Assembly: GCA_002104945.1 (NCBI GenBank)
Contig: MCFH01000024.1
Coordinates: 687,209 to 751,208 of the forward strand
DNA: 64,000 bases
Reading direction: 5' to 3'
Origin: Piromyces finnis finn
Taxonomy: Eukaryota > Fungi > Neocallimastigomycota
Under the pieces are notes generated by a model, which saw only the letters and a program-made list of their open reading frames with translations, made no database searches and was not told the DNA's origin. How positions within the stretch are numbered: position 1 is the first letter of the stretch; each line of letters opens with the position of its first letter. Of this stretch, positions 42,121 through 55,070 are shown one piece after another. The translations under genes and the position numbers were made by a program.

Positions 42121-44536
42121 ATGGGTAATGATAATTCAAAAACCTCAACTGAAGATGTTAGCCCAAAATCTAATATACATGGATCACATACTAATGTGAA
42201 TTCAGGACATGGCCATAATGGTCATAAGAGAAAGAAGGATATTAAAGTAATTAATACGGAGGAAATTAGTCCAAATAGCCTAAAAATGGAAAATAAACCT
42301 ATGCCGCCAATAGATGAACTGGTACAAATGTTTGAATTATTAATGGTAATTTTACAGAAATTAAAATTAATATGTACATATACAATTTCTAAATAATATA
42401 TATAAATAATTTTGTAATATTATATAGGATGAAATCAATATTCCAAGTAGTAAAAAAGAAGATTTAAGAAATAGAACAAATGAACAGAAATGGATGATGA
42501 TTCAATCACATATTAGTGATAGAGGAGTAATATATTAATAATACATATATATAATATTATATATTAAGAAAATATATAAATATTTAAATACTTTATAATA
42601 ATATAATATTAAATATATTATTATTTTATAATTCGAATATGATTATATACAAAATTCATTTTATAATGTTATGTATACTCAAATAAAATATACCAAAAAA
42701 AAAATAATATATATATATATAAAATTATATTATTAAAATTCGAAAACAAAAGGGAGGTGATCAAAAAGATGTTGTAGAATGTACAAAAATTATTGAAGAA
42801 ATTAAAACAGCACCAAGTGTTCAAAATTTAAAAAATTTAGCCATTTTATTACGATCTCAACCTATCAGTTGGGTTGCAGCATTTGTTGAAGGAGATGGTT
42901 TAGCTGTATTATTACAAAATCTAAGAGATATTAGAGAAGTGGAATATGAGTAAAATATTAATAGGATTAGTTATAATATTATTATTTATAAATATATATT
43001 AAAAAATAATAACAAAATATATATTTATAAATTATTATAATTATTTGTTAAAATAAAAAATAAAGAAAGAATACTGAATTAGAAGAGCTATACATTAAAT
43101 GTTTGAAATCTTTCATGAACAATAAAGTAATAAATAAAAAGATTTCAAATTTGAAATAATTATTTAATTAACAACCAATATTATATATTACATATATATA
43201 AATAGATTGGTTTAACTGCTATTATAGAAACTCCAGAATCTTTGCTTACCATTACTATGTCATTGCTCTCACCTTCATCGAGAACACAAGCACTTGTATT
43301 AGATATTCTTAGTGCTGTCTGCCTTATTGCCCATGATAGTACTTTAAAAGCAATTACTGATTTTTCAGAACAAGTTAGGGAATTTCATAGATTTGAAACC
43401 GTTGTTCATTGCTTAGAAAAAACACTTCACCATAAAGATGAAAGAAGTGAAATTGCTGCTGCTAAAGATTTACAAGTAAAATATATGTTTTTTATTAAAT
43501 AATTTAAAATTATATTATATTATTCATAATTTTCTTATATCGCAAATTATATTTTATAATAAACTAATATGTATATTGGAATATAATATTAAAAAGCTGG
43601 CTTGTCTTTCTTTTATTAATTCAATTATTTGTGGTGTAAGTAATAATGATATTGAATTCAGAATGCATATTCGTTATGAATTTCTAACTTTGGGGATTGA
43701 AAATGTTTTTGACGTAAGTATCATAATAAAAATATAAATAATAATTATCATTCAAATAATTTTTAATTTATACTATAATATTTACATTTACATATATTTA
43801 TTGTTATAAATACCATTATAATTAAATATATTTATAATAATTTACAGGCTATTTCTGAAACTAGTGAAAACAAATTGGTTCATACTCAAATAGATGTTTT
43901 TAGAGATGTTATGGAAAGAGATGATGAACAATTATATAATAAATATGAACTTAAAATAAAGAACATGGATTTAGATAATCCATCTGAAGTATATAAAATT
44001 TTAGAAAAAACTTTAAGGAATACGAACTGTTGGGCTTATGTAATTGACGTTTTCAAACATTATTTATTAATTCCTTCAAATACAATGTTAAGGTATTGTT
44101 TAATTTATAAGAGCATAAAATTAAATATTTTATAAATTTTTAAATATAATTAAATATAATTTTATATTTATTTAAAATAAATTATCATTTGTATACTGCG
44201 TGATTATAATTTTTAATCAATATAAGAGCAAAATATTGGCAGATTATTTCTAAATTACTAACACAATTAGTATTACAAAAAGAAAATGAAGATCCTGATC
44301 CAAGTCAAGCTCTTATTCATATAAATTATAAAACAATTATTAATGATCTGGAAGATGACAATAAAGCGAATATTTTAGATCTTAAAGAAGAGCTAAAAAA
44401 AGCAAGAGAAGCAAATAAAAAAAGAGAAAAGGACTATGAAAATCAAATTGAAGAATTAAATAAAAATATGAGTATGTAAAATTCATTTCATTTAATTTTC
44501 ATTTTCATTTTATATATTATCCATTTATAAAATAAT

Positions 44537-44567
<31 letters not shown>

Positions 44568-47500
44568 TATTTATGAAAATTCTTCATTAAGAAACAACAA
44601 CTGAGGAATTAGATGAGTACAAAAAATTAACAGGAGATAAAAAAGAATTGATTTCAATATTAAAAGAGCAAAATAATAAATATGAAAAATTATTAAAAGA
44701 AAAATTTACAAATGCAGAAGAAGCTGAAAAAATTATTGAAAAAATAAAAACTGAATTCAAGGGACCATTAACAATTGGTGTATCATTAAAAGATATGAAG
44801 CCAAATGAGTCTAGCACAACACCTGTTGCTCCTACAAAAATTGGTGCTTCAGCTCCTCCTCCTCCACCACCACCTCCAGTTGAAGGAGGTGTTACCCCAC
44901 CACCACCACCACCTCCTCCTCCAGTTGAAGGAAGTATTACTACTTCTATACCTCCTCCTCCACCAAATCCAATGGGTTGCACTACTAATGTCCCACCACC
45001 ACCACCAATGCCAGGTATGGGTGGTGCTCCACCACCTCCTCCACCAATGCCAGGTATGAGCGGTGTTCCTCCTCCTCCACCAATGCCAGGTATGAGCGGT
45101 GTTCCTCCTCCTCCACCAATGCCAGGTATGAGCGGTGTTCCTCCTCCTCCACCAATGCCAGGTATGAGCGGTGTACCTCCTCCTCCACCAATGCCAGGTA
45201 TGAGCGGTGTACCTCCTCCTCCACCAATGCCAGGTATGGGTGGTGCTCCTCCTCCTCCTCCAATGCCAGGTATGGGTGGTGCTCCTCCTCCTCCTCCAAT
45301 GCCAGGTATGGGTGGTGCTCCTCCTCCTCCTCCAATGCCAGGAATGGGTGGTGCTCCTCCTCCTCCTCCAATGCCAGGAATGGGCGGTCCTCCTCCTCCT
45401 CCAATGCCAGGTATGGGTGGTCCTCCTCCTCCTCCAGGATTTGCCCCTCCTCCTCCAATTCCAGGTATGGGATATGCAGCTTATCCTGGAATGATGATGA
45501 ATAACGGTATTTAACATGTTTAAATTATCAATTAACAAGATTTTCATATAATATTAGTTTTTTATAATTTTAATTAATAATATTTATATTTAAAAAATTA
45601 ATAATAATAAAAAGGTTTACCTCAAAAAGTTTCAAGAAGAACTCCTGGTGTTAATTTAAGAGCATTGAATTGGGTAAAATTGGATAATGCTATGATCAGT
45701 AAAACAATTTGGAAAGATCTTGACGAAAAAGATATTGATAAAAACTTTGATAATACATGGAAATTAGAATTCGAAACAATTTTTGCTTCAAAGACTGTTG
45801 GAGGTACTAAAACTGCAAAAGATCAAACTGTACAAGCACGTAAGAATACAAAAAAAAATTATTTAGTTTATATTAATTAAAGCTTTTAACGAATAAACAT
45901 TATTATTTTTTTCTATTTTTCTATCTTCATTTAGCTAAAAAAGTTGAAATTACTTTCTTGGATGGAAAACGTTCACAAAATTGTAGTATGTATTTATTCC
46001 TCTTTTTTCTCTCACTTTCTCTTTAAATATATATATATATTTAGGATATTATTTATAACTTCTTAAAAATTAATAACTAATATGAATTATCTATTAAAAA
46101 ATAAGATATTATGTTAAAGCATATTAAGCTAAATCCTATTGAGAAAATTGTCCAAATTATTTATGAATGTGATGAAACCATTCTTACTAAAGATTTGATC
46201 TTAGAATTACAAAAATTCATTCCAAGCAATGATGAGGTATATTAATATCAATTATTTAAGTAAATATATATTTAATGATTTTTATTAATTTATTTTTTTT
46301 ATTTCTTATGATATGTGCCATACTAAAATTTAAGGTTAATATGATTAAAGAAAATATTGCAAATAAAGCACAAATGGCAACGGCTGAAAGATATTTAACA
46401 GAATGTTCAACAATCAGTTTTTATGAAGATAGATTAAAAGCTTTATATACAAAATATTTCTTTGATGAATTGTACGATGATGCAAGTTCAATGGTTACAT
46501 CATTAAAGGGTGCAACTAACGATATAAAGAATAGTAAAAAAGTCAAGGAATTATTAAATGTATAAATCTTTCAAACTTTTATCAAAATATATCAATCTCA
46601 AGAAGATTAATCAAATACTAATAAATATTTAATATTATTATTTATTATTGTTGTTATTTATCTTAAAAAAATTTAAAGATTATTTTATTATTAGGTAATC
46701 ATTTAAATACTGGAAGAAGAGGAAATGCCTACGGTTTCAAATTAGAAAGTATATTAAAATTAATTGATACTAAATCTAATATGGATGGTAGAAAGTATAC
46801 ATTACTTCACTATTTATGTGATCTGGTTCAAAATAAGTTCCCTGAGTTATTAAATTTACATGAAGAATTAACTAACATTGAAGAAGGATCAAAAAGTAAA
46901 AATAAATATATTAATAGTATTATTATATTCATAATCACTTATATATTACATTTATTTTTAATAATTGATATTATATAAAAGTTACTATTCCTGATATTAG
47001 ACAAGTACTAACTTCTATAAGAGTTGGTTTAAAGGATGTTGAAACAGCATTAAATAAGATTGAAAAGGCTAAAGAATTAAAAAAAGAAGAACCTCCATTC
47101 CCTGATAAATTCCCTGATATGATGCAAGATTTCTATAAAGAAGCAAAAGAACATTATGACAAATTAAATAAACAATTAGATGATGTTGAAGAAAACTATA
47201 AAGATTTATGTAATAAGTTCGGTGAAGATCCAAGTAAAATGTCTCCAGAAGAATTTTTCGGTATATTTAAAAACTTCTGGAACCAATTTCAAGTAAATAT
47301 ATTAATGACAATGAGATTTTATAATTTATTTTCAATTATAAAGTATATTTTTCTAATAAAATAAAAATTATTATTAATGAAATAAATAGCAAGCGAAAAA
47401 AGAAAATGAAGTATATGATGCCAAGAAAAAAGAGGAGGAAAAGCAAGCCAAGAAAAAAGAAGAGCAAAAGCAAGCTAAGAATAAGCGTAATAAGGCAGTA

Positions 47501-47773
47501 CAAGATACTAAAGGATTTACTGATGAAATTAGTGATGAAAAAGAACATTCACCAACTGGAAATAAGGTTGAAGAAAAAGCTCTTGATGATATTATTAACT
47601 CCATTCGTACTGGTAGTGCTTTTAATTCAAGCCCAAAAAAGAAACCTGGTGCATCTTCTCGTGTAGGAGATAAAAAAGACCCAACAAGAATGAGCGCTAA
47701 AAAATTACAAAGTGTGGATGCCCCAAAAGATCAAACCAATAACGTAGCTAAATCAGTAAATTTTCAAGCTTAA
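42121..47773 (+). CDS. Diaphanous-related formin 2 (GBD/FH3 - coiled coil - long FH1 - FH2 - DAD), multi-exon
   Basis: '[26 protein letters not shown]', '[14 protein letters not shown]', FH1 with 12 PPPPPMPGM units, FH2 'LRALNWVKL', 'KRSQNC|NIMLKHI', '[18 protein letters not shown]', '[20 protein letters not shown]'. The last exon reads in a different frame from the listed ORF and gives DAD '[14 protein letters not shown]' with stop at 47773. Confidence 0.95.
44990..45435 (+). repeat. Coding minisatellite, mostly 36-bp units x12 (FH1 of formin 2)
   Basis: Near-perfect units cctcctcctccaccaatgccaggtatg(agcggtgtt|ggtggtgct) encoding [12 protein letters not shown] (x5) or -GGA/-GG. Confidence 0.95.
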
Positions 47774-49309
47774 TGCATCATATAAAGATTTTAGTTTTAA
47801 GATTTTTTTATATTCATTATAAAAATTTTGTAATGTTAAAATAATTGATCTATAGTCAATTTAAATTATAATTACATTCATATATAATAATTCATTCAAA
47901 CTTTTAAATTTCAATTCATTAATTCCACAAATATTACTAAATATTACATAATATGTAATATAATATAAAATACTGTATAATGATGCATCAATAATTTTGT
48001 TTTTAAAGACTTAATAGATTTACATAAAAATTAATTTAAATATCTTTAAAATATATATATATATGATTTAAACAGAAATATGATATTTTTATGACACCAA
48101 TTCCATAATAAATTTTATTATCTAATTATTTAATAGAAATAGATATATTGTAAACAAAAGAAAAAATATATATATTTTAATACTCATATACAAAATTAAG
48201 TTTATTTTATCTTAATAGTTTTAATAAATAAAATTTATTATATTATTTCTTAACCCTTTCGAGGTTCCATTAAAATTGAAATATTTTAAAGTATAAAAGT
48301 ATTAAGAACTCATATTTTATTTTATTTTATATTTATATCTTCATTATTTTTATTTATTATTTATTATATAAATACGTATTATCACCTAATTTAATGTAAA
48401 ATTATAAATTAAATAAATATACACTAATAAAAAAAATTGATAGACTAATAATAATGAACTATTCAAAATCAAGCAATCTATTATAATCACTACTAGCCCA
48501 TTCTCTAAATTTTTTCTTATTACATTTTAAATTTAGTACTTCAATTATGTATTTCCTGAAACATAGATAGTTGAAATTCTAAAAAAAAAGAAAATAGTAT
48601 TTAATCTTCCGAACTACACTTTCCGTCAATAGACGTGCTAACTCTAAAGTTCATGGCATGAAAATTTTATATCATTAATGATACTATTTTAGCATTTTAG
48701 AATTAGAGAGATATACCATCAATAATATTAACTTCCCACAAACTAAATGACCCGCAAACTTGTCACCTTCGATAGCATATTATTATTATAAAAATCTTCA
48801 ATATAAAATTTTCTAGAATGAGTATTAAATATAAATGAAGTTTCTTTTGGTATTAATAAATATACAATTATTATCGATTAACCCATTAACTTTTAATAAA
48901 ACTCCATGATAAATAAATTCAAAGTTATTAAAATATAATATAGTATCAAAATATGAAATTATACAAATCACTTTTAAAATAAATACAACGTTTTTTTTAA
49001 TTACTAGAAGAGGTATATTTAGAATCCTTAATATTTAAAAATTAATATTAAAAAAATTATTAATCAGAAGATTCCAAATTAGCCTAAATTATTAAAAATA
49101 CTAATAAAAATTGAAATATATAATATTTCATTTATCATAATCCTAAAATACACAATCTATAATGTAATAATATTTAATATAAAAATAAAAATAAATAATT
49201 TATAAAAGTTTATTAAACTATATAAAATAAATTTACTAATTCGATATATAATAAAATATATATATATAATATAAATAATATATTATACATATTTTTTTTT
49301 CTTTACTAC

Positions 49310-51377
49310 TTAAAAGTCAACATCCATTGAATCTGTACCAAAACTAAATATTTGATTTTCATTAATTTCATTATATAGATTTGTAGTTGTTGTAGTTACT
49401 GTTGGGATAGTATTATTATCATAATTTTCAGTGCGTGGAAAATCTTTTTTATAATCAAATAAATCTGTATAGGAAGTTTTATTTAATTCAATTTTCATAT
49501 TATTAGGTTTATAATTTTTTATAGTATTTTGTAATTCTGTGTTATTTCGAGATATTACATTCATTAATGCTGATGAAGTAATTGGGGAAGGTGATGTAGA
49601 AAAGGATGAAGATGATGAAATATTACCTCCATACAAATGAGAAATTTCTTGAAAATATGGTATATCAATTTCTTTACGATTAATTGAGGATAAAGTTAAC
49701 AAATTATTATCAGTATTCATTAATAAAGGTGATGGAGATATTGGAGATATTGGAGATATAACACTTGTATTCATGCATGAATTTGAATTGTTGTTTTGAT
49801 TTATGGGTATCGAATTTGACGAATTATAAGGATTATTTAATTTATCAGGGGATTTATTTAATGAAAGAAGTGGTAATTTATTTGTAATTATTGCAGAAGT
49901 TGGAGTGGATGAATTAGATACATTATTTATATCACTGAATGAATCTTGATTTGAAATATTATTATTTATCTTTATCATTAAATCATTTGAAGGAATATTA
50001 TTTTTATATGATTTATCATCATTTATTCCTGATAATTCCTGTAATGTCTGTTTCCAGGAAACTGGCTTAAATAACACTACTTCACCTCTAACTGGTTCAT
50101 ATTTATCCTGTTTTGAAATTGGGGAATAATCGGAATATTCAAATGTATTGCCATCATTATTTAATATAGGAGATCGATATGGACTAAAAATAGATTTCTT
50201 TTCATCAATTTCTTTAGCAAATGTTGAATAAGGTGGATCTGAAGAATTTATACCTAAATTCCAGTGGATATTTCTATTTCTAACTGAAGTAGGTAAATTA
50301 ATAATTAATTTTGAATTCATTAATTTTTCAGTTGAATATATATCTTTAATTTTTATAGCAAAATTAAAAAAAAAAAAAAATAACGATAAATGAATAAATA
50401 AAGATTTTGATATTATTCAATTATAATTATAATTAATATTATTGGTATGGTTGTTATTATATTGAATTATTTATATTTTCATCATTATTAAGTTACTAAC
50501 ATATTAAAAATACTAAAAAAATAATTTTGAAAATTAAAACTAAAAAGTATTTACCATTTATTTCTTTAAGGTTACTTTCTTCTTCTTGTGTTAATTTACT
50601 TTTAGATTGTTTGATTTCAGATATTGGTGATGATGAAGGTATAATGTTATTAGTGTTGACTGATTCATTAAAGTTCAATGAAGATAATAATGATAATGAT
50701 GAAATGTCAGAAGGTGAATTATAATCTTCTTTAATGGAAGATAAATTACTATCAATTTTGCTTCTATTAATAGATGATATTGACGAAAGGGAGGAAAATG
50801 AACCATCATCAGATTTTAAGAGCGATGAAGGTAATATAGGTGTAGATGAACGAACTGGAAGGTTTACATGTCGTTTTGGATTCGGTGTTGAAATTGCTAT
50901 AGGTGTTGAAATAAATACGGGAGACGTTGACGATGAATCATCCTGTGACGAAATAGTGTCTATATTAGTATTAACTTTTATTGATTTGTGTGAAGGCATA
51001 AAAAAAGAATCATTATCATCATCAAATTCATATGAATTATTTAAATCTAATTCCTGAGAACCATTAAGATATGAAGAAAAAGTATTATTTTTTACTTCAT
51101 TACTATTAACAATATTCTGTGAAGAAATGGTATTTTTATTGTTTTTATTTGTATAGGATATTTGTAAATTATCATTAGATCTTTTTAAATCTGAAGTACT
51201 TAAATTATAAAAAAGTCTCCTTCTTTTAAAATGTTTATCTCTTTTATTTTGTTGATTAGGGATATACTCTTCATCACTTAGTTTGCCATCCTCATTAAAA
51301 GTAAGTTCATTTTCTATTTCATCATCATCTAAATAATGAATTAAATTTCTTCGAGTTTTTGTAGTATTTTCCGTCAT
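49310..51377 (-). CDS. Two-exon, intrinsically disordered Ser/Asn/Pro-rich protein of unknown function (RxL and many S/T-P motifs)
   Basis: ORFs of 293 aa and 336 aa join in frame via a phase-1 intron (aat g|gtaaat ... aattaaag|at ata tat). No folded domain recognised. Confidence 0.75.
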
Positions 51378-52827
51378 ATATAAATAAATAAAGTATATAC
51401 TGTACGTAAAGCTATTGATTATATCTCAATTATTATAAAATATTTAAAATTTATAAATTAAGAAATATTTGAATATTACTATCTATTAAAAAATTAAAAA
51501 AAAATAAAAAATAAAAAAAATATATACTGTGAATAATCATTATTTTAATTTTTACTATTTAATTTATGGATTTTAAATTCATCTTCAAAAAAAAAAGTAT
51601 TAAAAGGAATATTGAATACTACTTTCATTTTTTTAATTTAATTTTACTATTAACATTACATTACTATTTACTTTAATTAAACTTCGTTTGGAGTTTAAAT
51701 GTTATTTATTATTCTAAACTATTAAAGCTTCCAATATGTATATTTTAACAAGCTCCATATTATACAAAATATTTATGTAATTAAGTTTTTTTTTTTTTTA
51801 CTTTATTAAAAAAAAAATTCTAACATAAATTAATTTTTAAATTAATATAACAAAAGTTATTACCTTTTTAATAACACAAAGAAAAATAAATAAATTTATT
51901 AGATTGAAATTGATTCAAGTATATAAAAAATAAAGTAGGTATTGAAATTCATCTCATAAAATGTATAATGTATTTAATTGGAGGGAAAAGAAAAAATATA
52001 TATATATTTTATAGCATTTTTCCTTAAATATAATTTATATTGTACTTATATTGTAATACAATATAGAATAATGAATTTGTTTATTGTTAAAAGTTTATTT
52101 TTTTTTTTTTTTTTTTTGTTTAACAGTTATAAATTAAAGGACAAAACCACAAAGTTAAATTAATTCTTCTCAATATTAAATTTTTTTTATTCTAATTTAA
52201 ATTTTCCTTTATGTTGTTTACTTCGTTTTGCAGTTTATGTATTAATATTATTAAAGGAAAAGAGGAAAAGAAGAAGAAAAACAAAAAACTAATTTATATA
52301 GTGTAATCTACAGCAATACTATATTACTTTATAAAAAGTTTTATTATATATAAAGTTTATAAAATTCATAAATTAAATAAAATTTGTTTTATGATTTGAA
52401 ATTTATTATTATAATTTAATTTTAATCATTAATCATATTTATATTAATTTATTATAATTAATCATATTGTTAAAATTTTTAGGTTTTAGTATTTATTTAT
52501 TATGGTAATTTATTATATTTCATTACTTTATTAACAATTTATACTAAAATTTATGGCTTATGCTAAATTACATGCATTATTATTACATTACATTATGTTA
52601 AATATATTTTACTAATTAATAAAGTTTATGATTTTCTAACATTCACTTTATTTGAAATTTAATAATGTTTAGAAGCTTTGTTTTAAAATATTATTAAAGT
52701 AAAATAAAATAATATGAAATATATATAATATATGTTTTTTTTTCTTTGTTTTTTTTGTTTTTTTTTGTTCTTTTTACGTTTTTCATTAAAGTCTAAATTT
52801 TCTAAATTTTATTCAAATTGTTAACAA

Positions 52828-53850
52828 TTAATATATTCCTGCTTCTGCAATTGGTGTAACAATTATAGATTGTTTCTTCAAAAACTGACATAGAGTAGAG
52901 TTCCCTATAAGTATTATATCGATTTCCTGTCTTTAGTGTCCCTCGCAAAATCTGCACCTGTATAGGCTGTGATAAAGCCTTTTACATCACATTTCAGTTT
53001 TTAACTAATTGCGTTGAGTAAGTATTTTAAAATAAGCAGAACATAGTGCCAGTCGGAGACAGTGGGATTTTCACAAGATCGGACAGCAAAAGAAATATCA
53101 GGTCTCCCTTTTTATATGTTGCGGCGTTAAATTCTTTTATTATACATTTGTGGCTTTCTTAATAAGATAGTATGGTGTTGTGTAACGTATAAAGGCTAAT
53201 ATATAATTTTTTAATCACTTTTTCATGATGAAGTAATTATCACTAATTTTCTTGGTATCATTAAACTTTACTATGGTAGACTTTTCAACAGGAGAATTAT
53301 TTTTATTTTCAGGACTTTCAGTAATAGTAAATCTATTATTTTCAACAAAATTTGAAATACTAGAACTAGGAATTTCAGAATTTTGGTAATTATTATTTTT
53401 ATTTTTAATATTTGTTATTTTGTTATGTTTCTTTTTATAATTGTAATTGTTAATTGCAATTTCTTTTAAAGTGTCTTCGGTGAAATTGTCCTTTTTCAAT
53501 TTTGAGTTTAATTTGTTATTTTCGTTTTTAATATTTTTGGTATCGTTATGAATATTTTTAAAAATGTTTTTTAAATTGCTTTTTGAATTACTTTTTAAAT
53601 TATTGTTAACTTCAATTGAATTATTGTTTTTTCATTTTTGTATTAAAATTTTCTTCTTTTTGAGAATTCAAATTTGTCTTTTTATTAGTCTTTTCTACTA
53701 ATTCCTTGTCGTTATATAAAAAGTCCTCTTTATCCATGTCTCTTTCAATTACTTCTTCCTTTTCTTCTTGAAGTGGCCGCCTTGATTAAAAGACTATAAG
53801 TATCAAAGTTGGACTTGCCATGAAGACGTTGGTCATTGGCTAAAATGATT
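52828..53850 (-). mobile_element. Decayed Ty1/copia retrotransposon pol fragment (linker, RT C-terminus, start of RNase H)
   Basis: Minus-strand translation across broken frames gives 'GRPDISFAVRSCENPTVSDWHYVLLILKYL' (copia RT 'TRPDIAFAV...P...W...ILRYL'), 'ITAYTGADFARDTKDRKS' (RNase H 'GYSDADWAGD..DRKS'), and 'IILIGNSTLCQFLKKQSIIVTPIAEAG' ('...SWxSKKQxxVAxSTxEAEY'). The N/K-rich ORF 53215-53499 resembles the integrase-RT linker; the upstream boundary is uncertain. No LTRs found. Confidence 0.78.
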
Positions 53851-54711
53851 TGGTTGACATATTATATTATTTAACACAAAAATTTTTGTTTTTAATTTTT
53901 TTCTTAAGAAATTTTAATATTAATTAAAGTTTGAGACTTAATCTGTGAAATAACAAAAAGAAAAAATTACATTCTAAATATTACAATGTAACTTTTTCTA
54001 TTACAGTTGTATGATGAAGTATAAATTCATGTGACGATAAAAATAAAATGAAATAAAAAAAAAACTATCTTTAAATCTTTAAAACATATTACGTTTACAA
54101 CACTTTTAATACATATTTGTGTTTATATTAATTAGCTACATATGTTCATAAATATATGATATATATAAATAAATAATCAAATAAATAATTAAACCATTTT
54201 TTCATAGATATATATATATACAATAAAATAAGTGATAGGAATTTTAGTAACAGTTTAGTAATATTATAAATAGAATTTAATAGTAGTAATAAAAGTAATA
54301 CTTCTTTATAATAAATTATAATCTATCAAATTTATTATTAAAATAATGAAACTATCGATAATTCATAGTTTATATGAATTTAATACTCATTTTCATTATT
54401 ATAAATTACATGATATAAAAACATTAATTATATTATTTATTTAAAAAGAAATTCATCTTTTTAATAATGTAAATTATATTGTTTTTTTCCGAAGTGATAG
54501 TATAAATTGTGTAAAAGAAAAAACGAAATTTAAATATATACCTTTTTCTATTATTATATATATTTTTATATTAAAACAATTAATAGAATTATACAGTATC
54601 TTTTGTAAATCATACGCCTTTTTTTTTTAAAATAAATAACACGTACTTCATATATTTCCATATATTTCAAATACTTTTTCATTGCTTCTTTTCTTTATAA
54701 TTTATTATTAA

Positions 54712-54748
<37 letters not shown>

Positions 54749-55070
54749 ATATTTAAATTATTATTAGTCGAGAACTTATTTCTATTATTTCTATTATAAA
54801 TTTTTAAATAAATTATTTTGTATGCTTATATTGTGGAATTTAAATTAGAAATAGAAGAATTGAAATTATCGTTGCACATAAGAAACTGTTGAATATTTAA
54901 ATTTTCCTTTTTTTTTTTAATTTTATTTTATGACTTAAATCATATGACTATACATAAATTTATTATAAACAAAAAATCAATTATAATTAATATAAATATA
55001 AATATAACAGTGAAAATTTTCTTTAAAAAAAAAAAAAAAAAAAAGAATTAAAAATAATATTAAAAATAAA

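Noticed and set aside
44587-45547. Antisense and alternate-frame ORFs rich in Gly, Trp/Arg/His or Glu/Leu repeats (44587-44982, 44805-45059, 44849-45547, 44985-45458, 45207-45494)
   Set aside because: Shadows of the poly-Pro FH1 minisatellite (ccw repeats); no independent coding signal.
47406-47666. 86-aa Lys/Arg-rich ORF
   Set aside because: Wrong frame; the real last exon of formin 2 (with the DAD motif) is in another frame.
48251-48270. ttaaccctttcgagg resembling a piggyBac TTAA-CCC terminus
   Set aside because: No matching inverted terminus or transposase found; ttaaccc occurs elsewhere by chance.
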